This document shows, in pieces, positions 36,208-45,266 of a stretch of 64,000 nucleotides of DNA (positions within the stretch are counted from its first letter, which is position 1; each line of letters starts with the position of its first letter). The stretch comes from Minisyncoccota bacterium (lineage in GTDB: Bacteria; Patescibacteriota; Minisyncoccia; Phycocordibacterales; UBA6065). A program made the position numbers and the translations under genes. Location: positions 19,670 through 83,669 of the forward strand of contig JBAZUA010000002.1 of NCBI GenBank assembly GCA_041661645.1, read 5' to 3'. The notes beneath the pieces were generated by a model. The model did not search any database. It was not told where the DNA came from and saw only the letters and a program-made list of their open reading frames with translations.

Positions 36208-36351
36208 AAATAGCGTCTAAAATTTGTTACCTACTTAAAATTCAAACGAATAAATGCTTGTCCTGAATCGCTGATTTTGAATGATGAGATGCAGGTATTG
36301 CGTACGGATAAACTAATCCTGAAAGGATTTAGTCAGCTTATCACTTTATAA

Positions 36352-36380
36352 GTAAAAGGCACCCTGATGGTGCCTTTTAC
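36352..36380. terminator. Hairpin between tRNA-Gln and the island, a terminator candidate.
   Basis: gtaaaaggcacc-ctga-tggtgccttttac. Confidence 0.4.
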
Positions 36381-36396
36381 TTATCTCTCAAAAGAC

Positions 36397-36436
36397 GACG
36401 GGTCCTGAGCGATATAAACTAAACTCAACTTGGTTG
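36397..36436 (+). repeat. 40-bp direct repeat, tRNA-proximal copy. It covers the tRNA-Gln 3' end (6 nt) plus 34 nt of downstream flank.
   Basis: gacgggtcctgagcgatataaactaaactcaacttggttg matches 14500-14539 at 38 of 40 positions. Confidence 0.7.
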
Positions 36437-36504
36437 CCAGACTTGGAATCGAACCAAAATTTTCGCTTTCAGAGAGCGACGTCCTACCGTTAGACGATCT
36501 GGCA
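36431..36504 (-). tRNA. tRNA-Gln (anticodon CUG), 74 nt with encoded CCA.
   Basis: Folded by hand from the reverse complement. The acceptor stem TGCCAGA/TCTGGCA gives U1:A72, as in bacterial tRNA-Gln. The D-arm is GTCT...GGAC. The anticodon stem is TCGCT/AGCGA with loop CTCTGAA, so the anticodon is CTG. The T-arm is TTTGG-TTCGATT-CCAAG. The discriminator is A and CCA follows. Confidence 0.8.
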
Positions 36505-36602
36505 ATATGTGACGTGCGAAGCGGCGATCCTGGGCCTCGCCGCTTGTCCAAAGAAAATAGCATAATCTGCCCAAAAAATAAAGGCTGGGTTAGAATGGTG
36601 GC

Positions 36603-37235
36603 ATGAGCAAAGAGAAGCTTGCCCTCGCCATAGAGATTGCCGTCGCGGTCATTTTCGTCGTCTGCGCATATCTCGTGTTCGGGAGGTCGCCAGACATCCG
36701 CAACTATCCTCCCAAGGCCGGGCCGATGGTGTTTCTCGGCGACAGCCTGGTTCGGGGAGTCGGGGCGAGTCCGGGCAATGACCTGCCGGTGCTTCTCTCG
36801 AGGGTCGTAGGGGAGAGTGTCGAGAACTTCGGCGTGTCGGGCGACACCTCCGCGATGGGGCTCGCGCGCCTTGATTCGGTCATTGCGCGCGAGCCGGCGG
36901 TCGCCCTCATCCTCCTCGGCGGGAATGACTATCTCCAGAAGGTGCCCGTCGATGAGACTTTCTCTAACCTGAAGTCCATCATCACCCGCCTGCAGGGGAG
37001 CGGCGCCGTGGTCATCGTCATCGGCATCCGCGGCGGGGCGCTTCGGGACAATTTCGAGGATCGCTTCGAGGCTCTCGTGGCAGAGACCGGTTCGGCATAC
37101 GTGCCCGATGCCCTGGGTGGGATCATCGGTGACGGCAGATACATGTCTGACGCCGTCCATCCCAACGACGCGGGATACTCGCGAATCGCGGAACGTATCG
37201 CGAGGGTTCTGAAGTCAGTCACTAAACGGCCATGA
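36603..37235 (+). CDS. SGNH/GDSL-family lipase/acylhydrolase, membrane-anchored.
   Basis: GDSL block FLGDSLVRG, GGNDY, and the catalytic DAVHPN (DxxH). Confidence 0.7.
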   Translation: MSKEKLALAIEIAVAVIFVVCAYLVFGRSPDIRNYPPKAGPMVFLGDSLVRGVGASPGNDLPVLLSRVVGESVENFGVSGDTSAMGLARLDSVIAREPAVALILLGGNDYLQKVPVDETFSNLKSIITRLQGSGAVVIVIGIRGGALRDNFEDRFEALVAETGSAYVPDALGGIIGDGRYMSDAVHPNDAGYSRIAERIARVLKSVTKRP

Positions 37236-37633
37236 ATAAAGCCAATCCCATAAGCAGGGAAGATTTCGAGAATCTGGTGGCCCAGGCCTTTGACCGTCTG
37301 CCCGAATGGGTGCGCCAGAAGGTACAGAACGTCGCCGTCATCGCCGAGGACGTGGTGGACGAGGAGACGATGCTCGATATGGGCCTGGAATCGAACATGG
37401 ACCTGCTCGGCCTCTATCGCGGCGTGCCCCTGACCGAGCGAAACTACGAGGCGGGCCTGGTTTTTCCCGACGTCATCTTTCTATACAAGCTTCCCATAGA
37501 GGAAGAGGCTGTCGAAAGCGACCTGTCGGTGCGTGACGTCGTCTACGAGACTCTTTGGCACGAGATCGCCCATCACTTCGGCCTCGACGAGGACGCGGTG
37601 CAGAAAAGGGAAGGGGAGGAGTTCAGGGTATAG
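37232..37633 (+). CDS. Zincin-like metallopeptidase family protein (DUF1025-like).
   Basis: C-terminal HExxH in LWHEIAHHFGL. The size and acidic N-terminus fit DUF1025. It overlaps the previous gene by 4 nt. Confidence 0.5.
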   Translation: MNKANPISREDFENLVAQAFDRLPEWVRQKVQNVAVIAEDVVDEETMLDMGLESNMDLLGLYRGVPLTERNYEAGLVFPDVIFLYKLPIEEEAVESDLSVRDVVYETLWHEIAHHFGLDEDAVQKREGEEFRV

Positions 37634-37634
37634 G

Positions 37635-37892
37635 CTATTCGTAGAGCTCGCTGTGCGTGCCTATCGCGACGAAAATGGTGATTCCACCATCGGTTCTGTA
37701 GATGGCTCGAATGTCTCCAGTCACGTTGATGCTCCTGTGATGTGACCACTCCGCGTGAAGTTCATGATTCTCGAGCGTCGGGTCAAAGGGATTCTTCGAG
37801 AACGCGTCGAATCTCTTTATGAAAGCCATCTGGACCTTTTTGTCCATCCTCGAATACCGCTTGATGAAGCTTTTGTGCAGTATGGACGGCAT
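37635..37892 (-). CDS. Type II toxin, RelE/ParE (YafQ-like) family.
   Basis: The 85-aa protein ends with GDIRAIYRTDGGITIFVAIGTHSELY, which is the RelE/ParE C-terminal signature. Confidence 0.6.
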   Translation of the reverse strand: MPSILHKSFIKRYSRMDKKVQMAFIKRFDAFSKNPFDPTLENHELHAEWSHHRSINVTGDIRAIYRTDGGITIFVAIGTHSELYE

Positions 37893-37901
37893 GTGCTGTT
37901 T

Positions 37902-38180
37902 CTAGGCTATTTTCCTCAAGTACGCGTCCATATCCTTCGCGTTCGCGAAGACGGGTGATAGGTTTTTGCCTGCCTTTATGTCCTTCTCTGCGCGGCGCAG
38001 GAGGGCGGCGGTCTTCTTGTTAGGGACGAGAGGCTCTCGGAAGGTTATCTGACGTTCGTCGATGAACTGACGCAGGTAGTTGTTCACCACGGTGCTCATG
38101 GAGAGTCCGAGATTCGTCGCCACGTCACGCGCGGTGTCCTTGAGCGTCTTCTCGATCTTTATGTTCAAAACGGTTTTCAT
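37902..38180 (-). CDS. Antitoxin, RelB/DinJ-like ribbon-helix-helix protein.
   Basis: It lies directly upstream of the RelE-like toxin on the same strand. LNIKIEKTLKDTARDVATNLGLSMSTVVNNYLRQ fits a DinJ N-terminus. The internal ATG is preferred over the track start. Confidence 0.5.
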   Translation of the reverse strand: MKTVLNIKIEKTLKDTARDVATNLGLSMSTVVNNYLRQFIDERQITFREPLVPNKKTAALLRRAEKDIKAGKNLSPVFANAKDMDAYLRKIA

Positions 38181-38390
38181 ATAACCAAAGTATATACAAC
38201 GGTTAATGTTTGTCAAACATATCCTTTCCTTGTTTTTTATCTATAAACATGGTGATATATGGAGCAGAAAAGTCCGCCTCAACTTTGCTCGTATTCATCC
38301 AGCATCGACCCCACGCCAGAACCGCGGGGCCTTGCGGGGCACAGACGCCCTATGAATACGCCATTGAGGCATTGAAAGGAAACCAGATAG

Positions 38391-39134
38391 ATGAAAAGAA
38401 ACAAAAGTGATCCGTGGCGGGATTCGTTCAAACCTAAAAATCGCCTTGCCGACGTGCGCCAGGTCATGGGCCCTCGGGCCGAAGAGCTGATCGCATTGTA
38501 TAATCAGACGCACAAAAGCGTCGACTCCGCCCTCGAGGATATGGATCGGGCCGAGACCTTCCTCCATTCGCGGGGCATCCGCCTGTATCGTCTCTTTGAC
38601 GATCTGAGTCCCGCGCTCGTGATGCTCATGATGGCTATTCTCATCGCCGACCTGTTTGGCGATGGCTCGGAGGGCTGGGCTGTTCTCTGGACGGGGTATC
38701 CGTTCGTATTAATGTTCTGTGGCTTTGCCTGGCTTTTATACAGGCTCCACATCAGCGTCAACAAGCGCATTGAAGATGCCGACTACACGTTCAATTGCTG
38801 CGACCTAACCATCCGGCGGTTGGTCAACGCTTTGTGGATCATGAGCGGATGCGAGCATTTCGCCGGCAACGATTCGATTCGGGACGATTTCGCCTCGAAC
38901 ATGAGGAAGATCTGCCTGGACATCGTCGAGATTCAGAACGTGACTCCTATCACGTGGCTGAACGGCAAGAGGGTTCGCCCGAAGGCCGAGATGGATCTGC
39001 GGGGCACGATGAACACCCTCGTCTCTGGTGGTGAATTCTTCGGTCTGACGGACGGAAATCTGAGGCCATACTTCAAACAGGCCCAGAGGGATTGGAGGAA
39101 CCTCGCGCACATTAACGCCGTGAGGACCGAGTAG
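38391..39134 (+). CDS. Hypothetical membrane protein (247 aa).
   Basis: ATG start and two central transmembrane helices. I recognise no motif. Confidence 0.45.
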   Translation: MKRNKSDPWRDSFKPKNRLADVRQVMGPRAEELIALYNQTHKSVDSALEDMDRAETFLHSRGIRLYRLFDDLSPALVMLMMAILIADLFGDGSEGWAVLWTGYPFVLMFCGFAWLLYRLHISVNKRIEDADYTFNCCDLTIRRLVNALWIMSGCEHFAGNDSIRDDFASNMRKICLDIVEIQNVTPITWLNGKRVRPKAEMDLRGTMNTLVSGGEFFGLTDGNLRPYFKQAQRDWRNLAHINAVRTE

Positions 39135-39261
39135 GAAATCTGACCTCAAATTGTTCGTTCTTTAAGATTGCGAGCCCGCCGATTCCATCGGCGGGCTTTT
39201 TGTTTCCTTGTATGGGCTTTATGCCGCGTTCCAAACATGCCCATGATACAATCACCCTTAC

Positions 39262-40971
39262 ATGACCCAGGCCCAGGCACTCGAAATACTCAAGACGGGG
39301 AGGAACGTCTTCGTCACCGGCCCGGCCGGATCGGGAAAGACGCATCTCCTCAACTCGTACATAAAATACCTGCGCGACAACCTGATCGACACGGGCATCA
39401 CCGCCTCGACGGGAATCGCGGCCACCCACATGGGCGGCATGACCATACACTCGTGGGCGGGCATCGGCATCGCCGCGTCGCTCACCCAGCACGACCTCGA
39501 GGGCATGTTCGAGAAGTCCTATCTCTCCAGGCGCTTCGAGAAGGTGAAGGTGCTCATCATCGACGAGGTGTCCATGCTTCATCACTTCCGCTTTGACCTG
39601 GTGAACAAGGTCCTCCAGAACATGAAGGGGAACGTGAGGCCCTTTGGCGGGGTGCAGGTCGTCTTGTGCGGCGACTTCTTCCAGCTGCCGCCCGTGTCGC
39701 GTCCCGGCGAGCCCGAATCGCTCTTCATATACAAGTCAGACTCGTGGGCCGAGGCCAAGTTCACGGTCTGCTATCTCTCCGAGCAGTTCCGCCAGAAGGA
39801 CGATGACGACGTGCTTTCCATATTGAACGAGATACGTCGTGGCGACGTCACCGACACCGCCCGTGAGTATCTGCAATCGCGCTTCAACGCCAAGATTGAT
39901 TTGGCCGTCGAGCCGACGCGCCTCTTTACCCATAATGCCGACGTGGACACGCTCAATCAGAAGGAACTCGAGAAGCTCAAGAGCGATGAGGAGGTGGAGT
40001 ATTTCATGGAGACCCATGGGCGCGAGGCGCTCGCCGAAACTCTGAAAAAGTCGTGCCTCGCGCCCGAGATGCTCCGTCTCAAGGTCGGTGCCCGCGTCAT
40101 GTGCGTCAAGAACAACTTCGAGGAGGGCTATGTGAACGGGACTTTGGGCATCGTCATATCGTGCAAGGAGAATCAGGATCCCTCCATTCGCACGGCCACG
40201 GGGAAGGTCATAAAGATAGAGAGGGCGAGCTGGAAGATCGAGGAGGACGGCAAGGTGAAGGCCGAAATTCTTCAGTACCCCCTGCGTCTCGCCTGGGCCA
40301 TCACCGTGCACAAGAGTCAGGGCATGTCCCTCGACGCCGTCGAGGTGGATCTCTCAAAATCCTTTGCCCCTGGCATGGGATATGTGGCGCTCTCCCGCGT
40401 TCGTTCGCTCGACGGCCTCACCATACTCGGCATGAACGAGACGGCTTTGCAGGTGCACGGCGAGGTGCTCGAGTTCGACGCCGACCTGCAGCAGCTTTCT
40501 GACGAGGCGCAGTCTGATCTGGAAGAGATGACGGCGGCGGCACTCAAGGACGCGCACGATTTATTTCTAAAGGGAGCGCGTCCCGCCCCAAAGGAGCACA
40601 AGCCTTCGACCTTCGAGGAAACCCTCGCTCTGATCGAGGAGAAGAAGGGCCTTGGCGAAATGTCCGCTGAGCGCGGCGTTACAGGCGAGACCATAGTCGC
40701 CCATATCGAGAAGCTCATCGAGGAGGGCATCTGTCCCGACATCAAATATCTCAAAAAGGAAATAAGCCTAGCCCATTGGAAGAAGATAGAAAAGGCCTTC
40801 GAGGAGGAGCTTGCCAAGATGGAGTCCGCGGGGCAGGTGAGCGAGGACGGTTTACCTCTTTCGCCGATACTCTTGTCTCCAATAAAGAGCCGGGCGGGGG
40901 CAAGCGTCTCGTTCCTCAGCATAAGGCTGGCCCGCGTTATCTTGGGATACTATTTGGCTCCCAAGGCCTAG
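39262..40971 (+). CDS. PIF1/RecD-like SF1 DNA helicase with a C-terminal HTH domain.
   Basis: Walker A GPAGSGKTHLL, Walker B LIIDEVSM, CGDFFQLPPV, and the SF1B motifs VHKSQGMSLD and ALSRVRSLDGL. Confidence 0.8.
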   Translation: MTQAQALEILKTGRNVFVTGPAGSGKTHLLNSYIKYLRDNLIDTGITASTGIAATHMGGMTIHSWAGIGIAASLTQHDLEGMFEKSYLSRRFEKVKVLIIDEVSMLHHFRFDLVNKVLQNMKGNVRPFGGVQVVLCGDFFQLPPVSRPGEPESLFIYKSDSWAEAKFTVCYLSEQFRQKDDDDVLSILNEIRRGDVTDTAREYLQSRFNAKIDLAVEPTRLFTHNADVDTLNQKELEKLKSDEEVEYFMETHGREALAETLKKSCLAPEMLRLKVGARVMCVKNNFEEGYVNGTLGIVISCKENQDPSIRTATGKVIKIERASWKIEEDGKVKAEILQYPLRLAWAITVHKSQGMSLDAVEVDLSKSFAPGMGYVALSRVRSLDGLTILGMNETALQVHGEVLEFDADLQQLSDEAQSDLEEMTAAALKDAHDLFLKGARPAPKEHKPSTFEETLALIEEKKGLGEMSAERGVTGETIVAHIEKLIEEGICPDIKYLKKEISLAHWKKIEKAFEEELAKMESAGQVSEDGLPLSPILLSPIKSRAGASVSFLSIRLARVILGYYLAPKA

Positions 40972-40996
40972 CATTGACTTTCAGGTGAGGGGGAGT

Positions 40997-41512
40997 ATGG
41001 TGACGACAGTGTCCTTCGCCATTCCGGTGCAGGACAACGTTCATCACATGGTCTCACAAAAGGTAAGGGATGAGTTTGGGTTGATAAAGACTGAGTTTTA
41101 TATGTTTCTTTCCGGCAAATACCCCCGCTCCGTCACGCTCTCAGACAAAAGGTTTCCCGAGAGGCAGCCTTCCGAAGAGCTAATTGGGCCCGCGACCGAT
41201 CACCTCAGAATTCTCGCGGATCTCGTCAATCGCACCATGCTCCTTCGTAAGCAGATGCCTCTCAGAAAGATGGAGTTGCCGATCGGTTATGAGTATGAAT
41301 ACAGGATGACCTCTCACATGCTCGACGTCCTGCATCCTCTCGCTCAGCTCCTGATGCGTAACTGTTCAGTGGGGGTTCACGTACCCGAGTCAGGCATTTT
41401 CGAGGCCCGCTTCGCCCTGCGGAGGGGTTGGCAGATTGTCTTTGCTCGGGGCATTAACAGCGATGCGGCGGTCTTTGATATGTTGGGCAGGAAGGATAGG
41501 TTTTCACGCTGA
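40997..41512 (+). CDS. Hypothetical protein, paralogous to 41654-42157.
   Basis: It shares a RRGWQIVFARG / RRGWQVVYSNRG block with the next gene. A hairpin with a T-run terminator follows at about 41524-41552. The track start is a GTG and the internal ATG is used here. Confidence 0.4.
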   Translation: MVTTVSFAIPVQDNVHHMVSQKVRDEFGLIKTEFYMFLSGKYPRSVTLSDKRFPERQPSEELIGPATDHLRILADLVNRTMLLRKQMPLRKMELPIGYEYEYRMTSHMLDVLHPLAQLLMRNCSVGVHVPESGIFEARFALRRGWQIVFARGINSDAAVFDMLGRKDRFSR

Positions 41513-41653
41513 TAGGTTTGGAGGGGGGCCACGAGACCCCTCTTTTTCTTGCCTGAAATGCCGCGTTGACTTTCACACAAGATTACGTAGAGTGTCTTCA
41601 GAGTTTAGGCCATTCCGGCTTGGACAAGGCAAACCCCGTTCTTACTCACTTAT

Positions 41654-42157
41654 ATGGCCACAAGTTTTTGGTCAGAAATCGGCTTCATCCTCGCGACGCG
41701 GAATCCCCGTGACGCATCGGATTGCATGCTCGAGATACTCGATCCCTCCAAGGATCATTTCGTCGGCATCTGCGGTCCCCGGATCAGGGTGCTCTGCGGT
41801 CAGGTCAGTGCGCTCAATCAGGAGCTGAAGGATTGCTTCGATGCGATCCCGAGCGGCGAGGTCGACATGGAGTCTCTCCCTTGGCGCAAGGCGTGCGGGC
41901 ACGCCTTCATCACCCAGAAGAAGATCGAGGCCATCAAGGCAATCATCCACATCGCCCTTCACGAGGATTTTCCCGAGCTTCTCGCCATGAACTTCGTCGG
42001 TGTCCGTCGAGGGTGGCAGGTCGTCTACTCCAACAGGGGGAAGGACATCCTGCGGGGTCCTGATCATACCGACATTGCGAGCTGTCTCTTCTACAAGGAG
42101 CTCGTCGCGGCGGACAAGTCCGCCCAGCGTCACCAGCAACAGCTCTCGGGCCGATGA
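41654..42157 (+). CDS. Hypothetical protein, paralog of 40997-41512.
   Basis: ATG start. It shares C-terminal motifs with the preceding gene. Confidence 0.4.
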   Translation: MATSFWSEIGFILATRNPRDASDCMLEILDPSKDHFVGICGPRIRVLCGQVSALNQELKDCFDAIPSGEVDMESLPWRKACGHAFITQKKIEAIKAIIHIALHEDFPELLAMNFVGVRRGWQVVYSNRGKDILRGPDHTDIASCLFYKELVAADKSAQRHQQQLSGR

Positions 42158-42217
42158 TGGGCGCATTCAAGGCCGCACTACGGGGTGCGGCTTTTTTCTT
42201 GCCCATGTTCGTCGTGC

Positions 42218-42631
42218 CTAGAGCTTGGTCTTGGTGATCCGATGCGAGTCCTTGCTGTGGAATCGACCATAGGGGGTCTTAAAGAAGTATCCGTAGGTGT
42301 CCGAGTCGTCCAGGTGAAGGTCTATGGAATGCTCCTTGCAGTATTCGGCCTTGGTCTTGTCCCAGAGATAGGGGTCGAGATGGGGGTCGCCCTTCTCGTC
42401 CCACCTGAGCGCCGTACCTGCCTTGATGTGATGGTCGGTTATGGAGAAGAGGTGGGTGAAAGATATGCCAAGCTCCCGTATCCGCGCCATCTCTGCCTCA
42501 GACTTCGCTCCCGTTATGATGTGTACTTCATGTCCGTTGTCCACGAGGAGCTTGGTGAGGGTCTTGAAGAAATCGGGCCTGGTGTCCACGACCCCGTGAA
42601 GGTCGAGGCCTATTTTGATGCGCTGATTCAT
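42218..42631 (-). CDS. HAD-superfamily hydrolase-like protein, a possible nucleotidase.
   Basis: The N-terminal IGLDLHGVVD is HAD-motif-I-like. A small alpha/beta protein of 137 aa. Confidence 0.35.
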   Translation of the reverse strand: MNQRIKIGLDLHGVVDTRPDFFKTLTKLLVDNGHEVHIITGAKSEAEMARIRELGISFTHLFSITDHHIKAGTALRWDEKGDPHLDPYLWDKTKAEYCKEHSIDLHLDDSDTYGYFFKTPYGRFHSKDSHRITKTKL

Positions 42632-42730
42632 TGATGTTTGCTTTGTTGTGTGTATTTCAAAAGCATACCATGCTCTTGACTTTTTGTGTATTTATTGTAG
42701 CTTTTATTACGAAACACCATCTATAAAACC

Positions 42731-43894
42731 ATGATCATTGTATACGCATTGCAAGAAGCACCAAAAAGTTACGGCAAGTCCATATTTCTTGCCGGTCCGA
42801 CGCCGCGGGACAAGGATGTTCCTTCGTGGCGCCCTGAAGCCATCAGGCTCCTCGAGGAGCTTGGTTTTGACGGCGTGGTCTTTGTTCCCGAGGCTGGAGA
42901 CAGCACGTGGAAGCGGGATTATACCGATCAGGTCGAATGGGAAGAGAAGTATCTCAACTCTGCTGACATCACCCTGTTCTGGGTCCCTCGCGAGATGCAG
43001 ACGATGCCCGCCCTCACCACTAACGTGGAATGGGGGATGTGGTATGACAGCGGAAAGGCGGTTCTCGGTCATCCTGAGGGCGCCCAACATGTCCGGTATC
43101 TCTCGTATTACGGTCAAAAGGAGGCGGCCCCTTGTGAGACCGACCTCAGGGAGGCTCTTCGTCGGGCGGTTGAAATTATCGGCGACGGCGCCGTGCGCAC
43201 GGGTAGCGAGACCTTGGTCCCGCTCATTCTGTGGAAGACGGCCTCGTTTCAGGGTTGGTATCGTCGGACTGTTTCCGATGCCGGCAATCGACTCGACGGC
43301 TTTCGCGTCAAGGTCATTTGTCGGGCGGGTCCCCAGAAGAAGTTTGTCTTTCTCTGGGTGGCGCACGTCAACATCTGGGTCGAGGCAGAGGGTCGGAACA
43401 AGTCGAACGAGATCATACTCGCCCGTCCCGACATCTGCTCACTTGTCCTCTTTCGGCGGGGCGTCACGCTCCTTGATACCGAGGTTGTCTTGGTTCGCGA
43501 GTTCCGCAGCACCGTCAACAATTCAAAGGGATTCGTTCTCGAGTTGCCCGGAGGCTCATCGTGGAAGTCGGGCCAAGAGCCGAGCGTCGTCATGTGCGAC
43601 GAGTGCAGGGAGGAGACGGGCATCGAGATTTCACCCGAGCGCGCCCATATCGTCGGGGACCGCCAGCTTCTCGCCACGTTCTCGGTTCACCGGGCGCTTG
43701 TCGGGGCCGTCGAGCTCACCGAGGCCGAGATGAGAGATGCTCGGTTGAGGGTCGGAAGCGTTCGTGCCGAAAGTCATGAGACTGGCGAGCGGGTCTACCT
43801 TGAGGTTAAGACCATCAGGGACCTTCTCGGCATCAGCGGGCAGCAGATGGACTGGTCGAATCTCGGGATGATTATGGCGGCCATTCAGGGTTGA
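42731..43894 (+). CDS. Fusion protein of an N-terminal nucleoside 2-deoxyribosyltransferase-like domain and a C-terminal NUDIX hydrolase.
   Basis: N-terminal SIFLAGPTPRD...ADITLFWVP...NVEWGMW is an Ndt-like Rossmann pattern. The C-terminal Nudix box is GGSSWKSGQEPSVVMCDECREETGIEI. Confidence 0.55.
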   Translation: MIIVYALQEAPKSYGKSIFLAGPTPRDKDVPSWRPEAIRLLEELGFDGVVFVPEAGDSTWKRDYTDQVEWEEKYLNSADITLFWVPREMQTMPALTTNVEWGMWYDSGKAVLGHPEGAQHVRYLSYYGQKEAAPCETDLREALRRAVEIIGDGAVRTGSETLVPLILWKTASFQGWYRRTVSDAGNRLDGFRVKVICRAGPQKKFVFLWVAHVNIWVEAEGRNKSNEIILARPDICSLVLFRRGVTLLDTEVVLVREFRSTVNNSKGFVLELPGGSSWKSGQEPSVVMCDECREETGIEISPERAHIVGDRQLLATFSVHRALVGAVELTEAEMRDARLRVGSVRAESHETGERVYLEVKTIRDLLGISGQQMDWSNLGMIMAAIQG

Positions 43895-43912
43895 GTTGTC
43901 TAGTGGGTTAGG

Positions 43913-43942
43913 TCGGCGCGCAGCTTGCTGCGCGCCTTTTTT
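43913..43942 (+). terminator. Rho-independent terminator.
   Basis: ggcgcgcagc-ttgc-tgcgcgcc followed by a T6 run. Confidence 0.65.
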
Positions 43943-43961
43943 ATTCCCGAAACACAAAAGA

Positions 43962-43990
43962 AAAGGCGGGCACCGTAGTGCCCGCCGATG
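43962..43990 (-). terminator. Rho-independent terminator for the minus-strand NAD operon.
   Basis: On the minus strand, ggcgggcac-tacg-gtgcccgcc followed by a T-run. Confidence 0.6.
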
Positions 43991-44012
43991 ACGCGAATCC
44001 GATTCGCATCAA

Positions 44013-45266
44013 TCAATATACCGTCTTCACCCGCGACTTGTTCTCGTATCCGAAGACCTGCTTATATCGGCGAATTTCCTCCTCCGGCCCCATGGCCTTG
44101 GCGAGGTTGTTCGACAATTTCACGAGTCCGCGACCGTTCGCGATCACAGCCTTGGTCACCATCGAGACCGGGTCGACACCTAGGTCGTTGGTCAGGTTGG
44201 TTCCCCAGCCATGGCTCATGATGAGCCTTTCCCGATTCATGTCGGTGAGCTCGAGCATCTTGCGCAGGTCCAGGCCGTCGCTCGGGATTCCGAGCTTAGA
44301 CCGCGGGTCTATGCCGTGATTCTCGTAGAGGGCGATCCACTGCTCGCATTCCTTGCGAGGATCGCCCGAGTCCTGCCTGAAGCCCTTGTAGCGCTTCAGG
44401 TTCTTCTCGGAGATGGTCTTCATCATGAAGGGCGACCCGAAGGTGTCCGGCAGGATGATGGCCAACGCCTCGCCGTAATCGTCCCACCACATGTCCAAGA
44501 ACCTGTGGGGCGATTCGCGGAGCTCCTCGTCGCCGTTCGTAAGCCCGGCCATGACCATCTGGATCTCGTGGGCATTGGTGCCCATGGGGAGAAGCCCGTA
44601 TTTCATGGCGAGGAGAGTGTTCGACGTCCCGCGGAACTGTCCCGAGGGAAGCTCTTCCGCCAGCACGCCGACCACATAGTCGTGCCATGCCACGCTGAAG
44701 GCCCGTCGCGTCCCGAAGTCGGAGAAGCTGATCTCGCTGTTTTGACGCAGGATCTCAATCTTCCGTTCGAGGCGTTTCTGGCCCTCGGCATAGAGCGCAT
44801 CGCGCTGGAACCTCGTGAGATTTTCCAGATGCGCCCGATAGAGGAGCTCGTTCATGATCTTGAGGGAGGGAATCTCCCAATACGTGCTTGCCCTCCACGG
44901 ACCCGGAAACCGAAGCGATATGTTATCGCCGCGATATTTGAGCTCGTAGGGCGGCAGGGAGACACCCTTGAGGAACTGCAGATACGGCTCGCCAAACATG
45001 CGCTCGCCGTATTCGTTGGTCCCTCGCAGGTAATGGAGCTCGCTGTTGTTGAAGCGGAGCGCCATCGCATGATCAAGCTCCCGTCGCAGGTCGCTTTCGG
45101 AGATGTGTCGTGCCAAGGGAGTGCCTGTCCTGTTCATGAACTCGAACGTTACCTCGGTGTCGGGGTAATGGTTGAAGATAAACTGGCCCATCGGGAACTT
45201 GTAGAAGTCCGTGTCGAGGAGCGAGTCTACGATGAAGCTGCCTTCGCTTGCAAGCGGAGTTTTCAT
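44013..45266 (-). CDS. pncB: Nicotinate phosphoribosyltransferase.
   Basis: The N-terminal SLLDTDFYKFPMGQ is the NAPRTase signature and the length is about 418 aa. The internal ATG (MKTPLAS) is chosen as the start. Confidence 0.8.
   Translation of the reverse strand: MKTPLASEGSFIVDSLLDTDFYKFPMGQFIFNHYPDTEVTFEFMNRTGTPLARHISESDLRRELDHAMALRFNNSELHYLRGTNEYGERMFGEPYLQFLKGVSLPPYELKYRGDNISLRFPGPWRASTYWEIPSLKIMNELLYRAHLENLTRFQRDALYAEGQKRLERKIEILRQNSEISFSDFGTRRAFSVAWHDYVVGVLAEELPSGQFRGTSNTLLAMKYGLLPMGTNAHEIQMVMAGLTNGDEELRESPHRFLDMWWDDYGEALAIILPDTFGSPFMMKTISEKNLKRYKGFRQDSGDPRKECEQWIALYENHGIDPRSKLGIPSDGLDLRKMLELTDMNRERLIMSHGWGTNLTNDLGVDPVSMVTKAVIANGRGLVKLSNNLAKAMGPEEEIRRYKQVFGYENKSRVKTVY

Larger units (their letters stand above)
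14540..36396. mobile_element. Composite, partly decayed integrated element(s) of about 21.9 kb beside tRNA-Gln, bounded by 40-bp direct repeats. It carries serine recombinases, terminase genes, a ParB-MTase, a SNF2/nuclease operon and several cargo cassettes.
   Basis: The DR pair 14500-14539 / 36397-36436. The interior holds an intact and a truncated serine recombinase, TerS/TerL, a ParB-MTase, internal att-like repeats, AT-rich cargo and several strong terminators. No capsid or portal genes are present. Confidence 0.55.

Noticed and set aside
14540-36396. A tyrosine integrase responsible for the 40-bp direct repeats.
   Set aside because: No ORF in the island shows the R...HxxR...Y integrase signature. 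Only serine recombinases are present. The mechanism behind the long repeat therefore remains unexplained.
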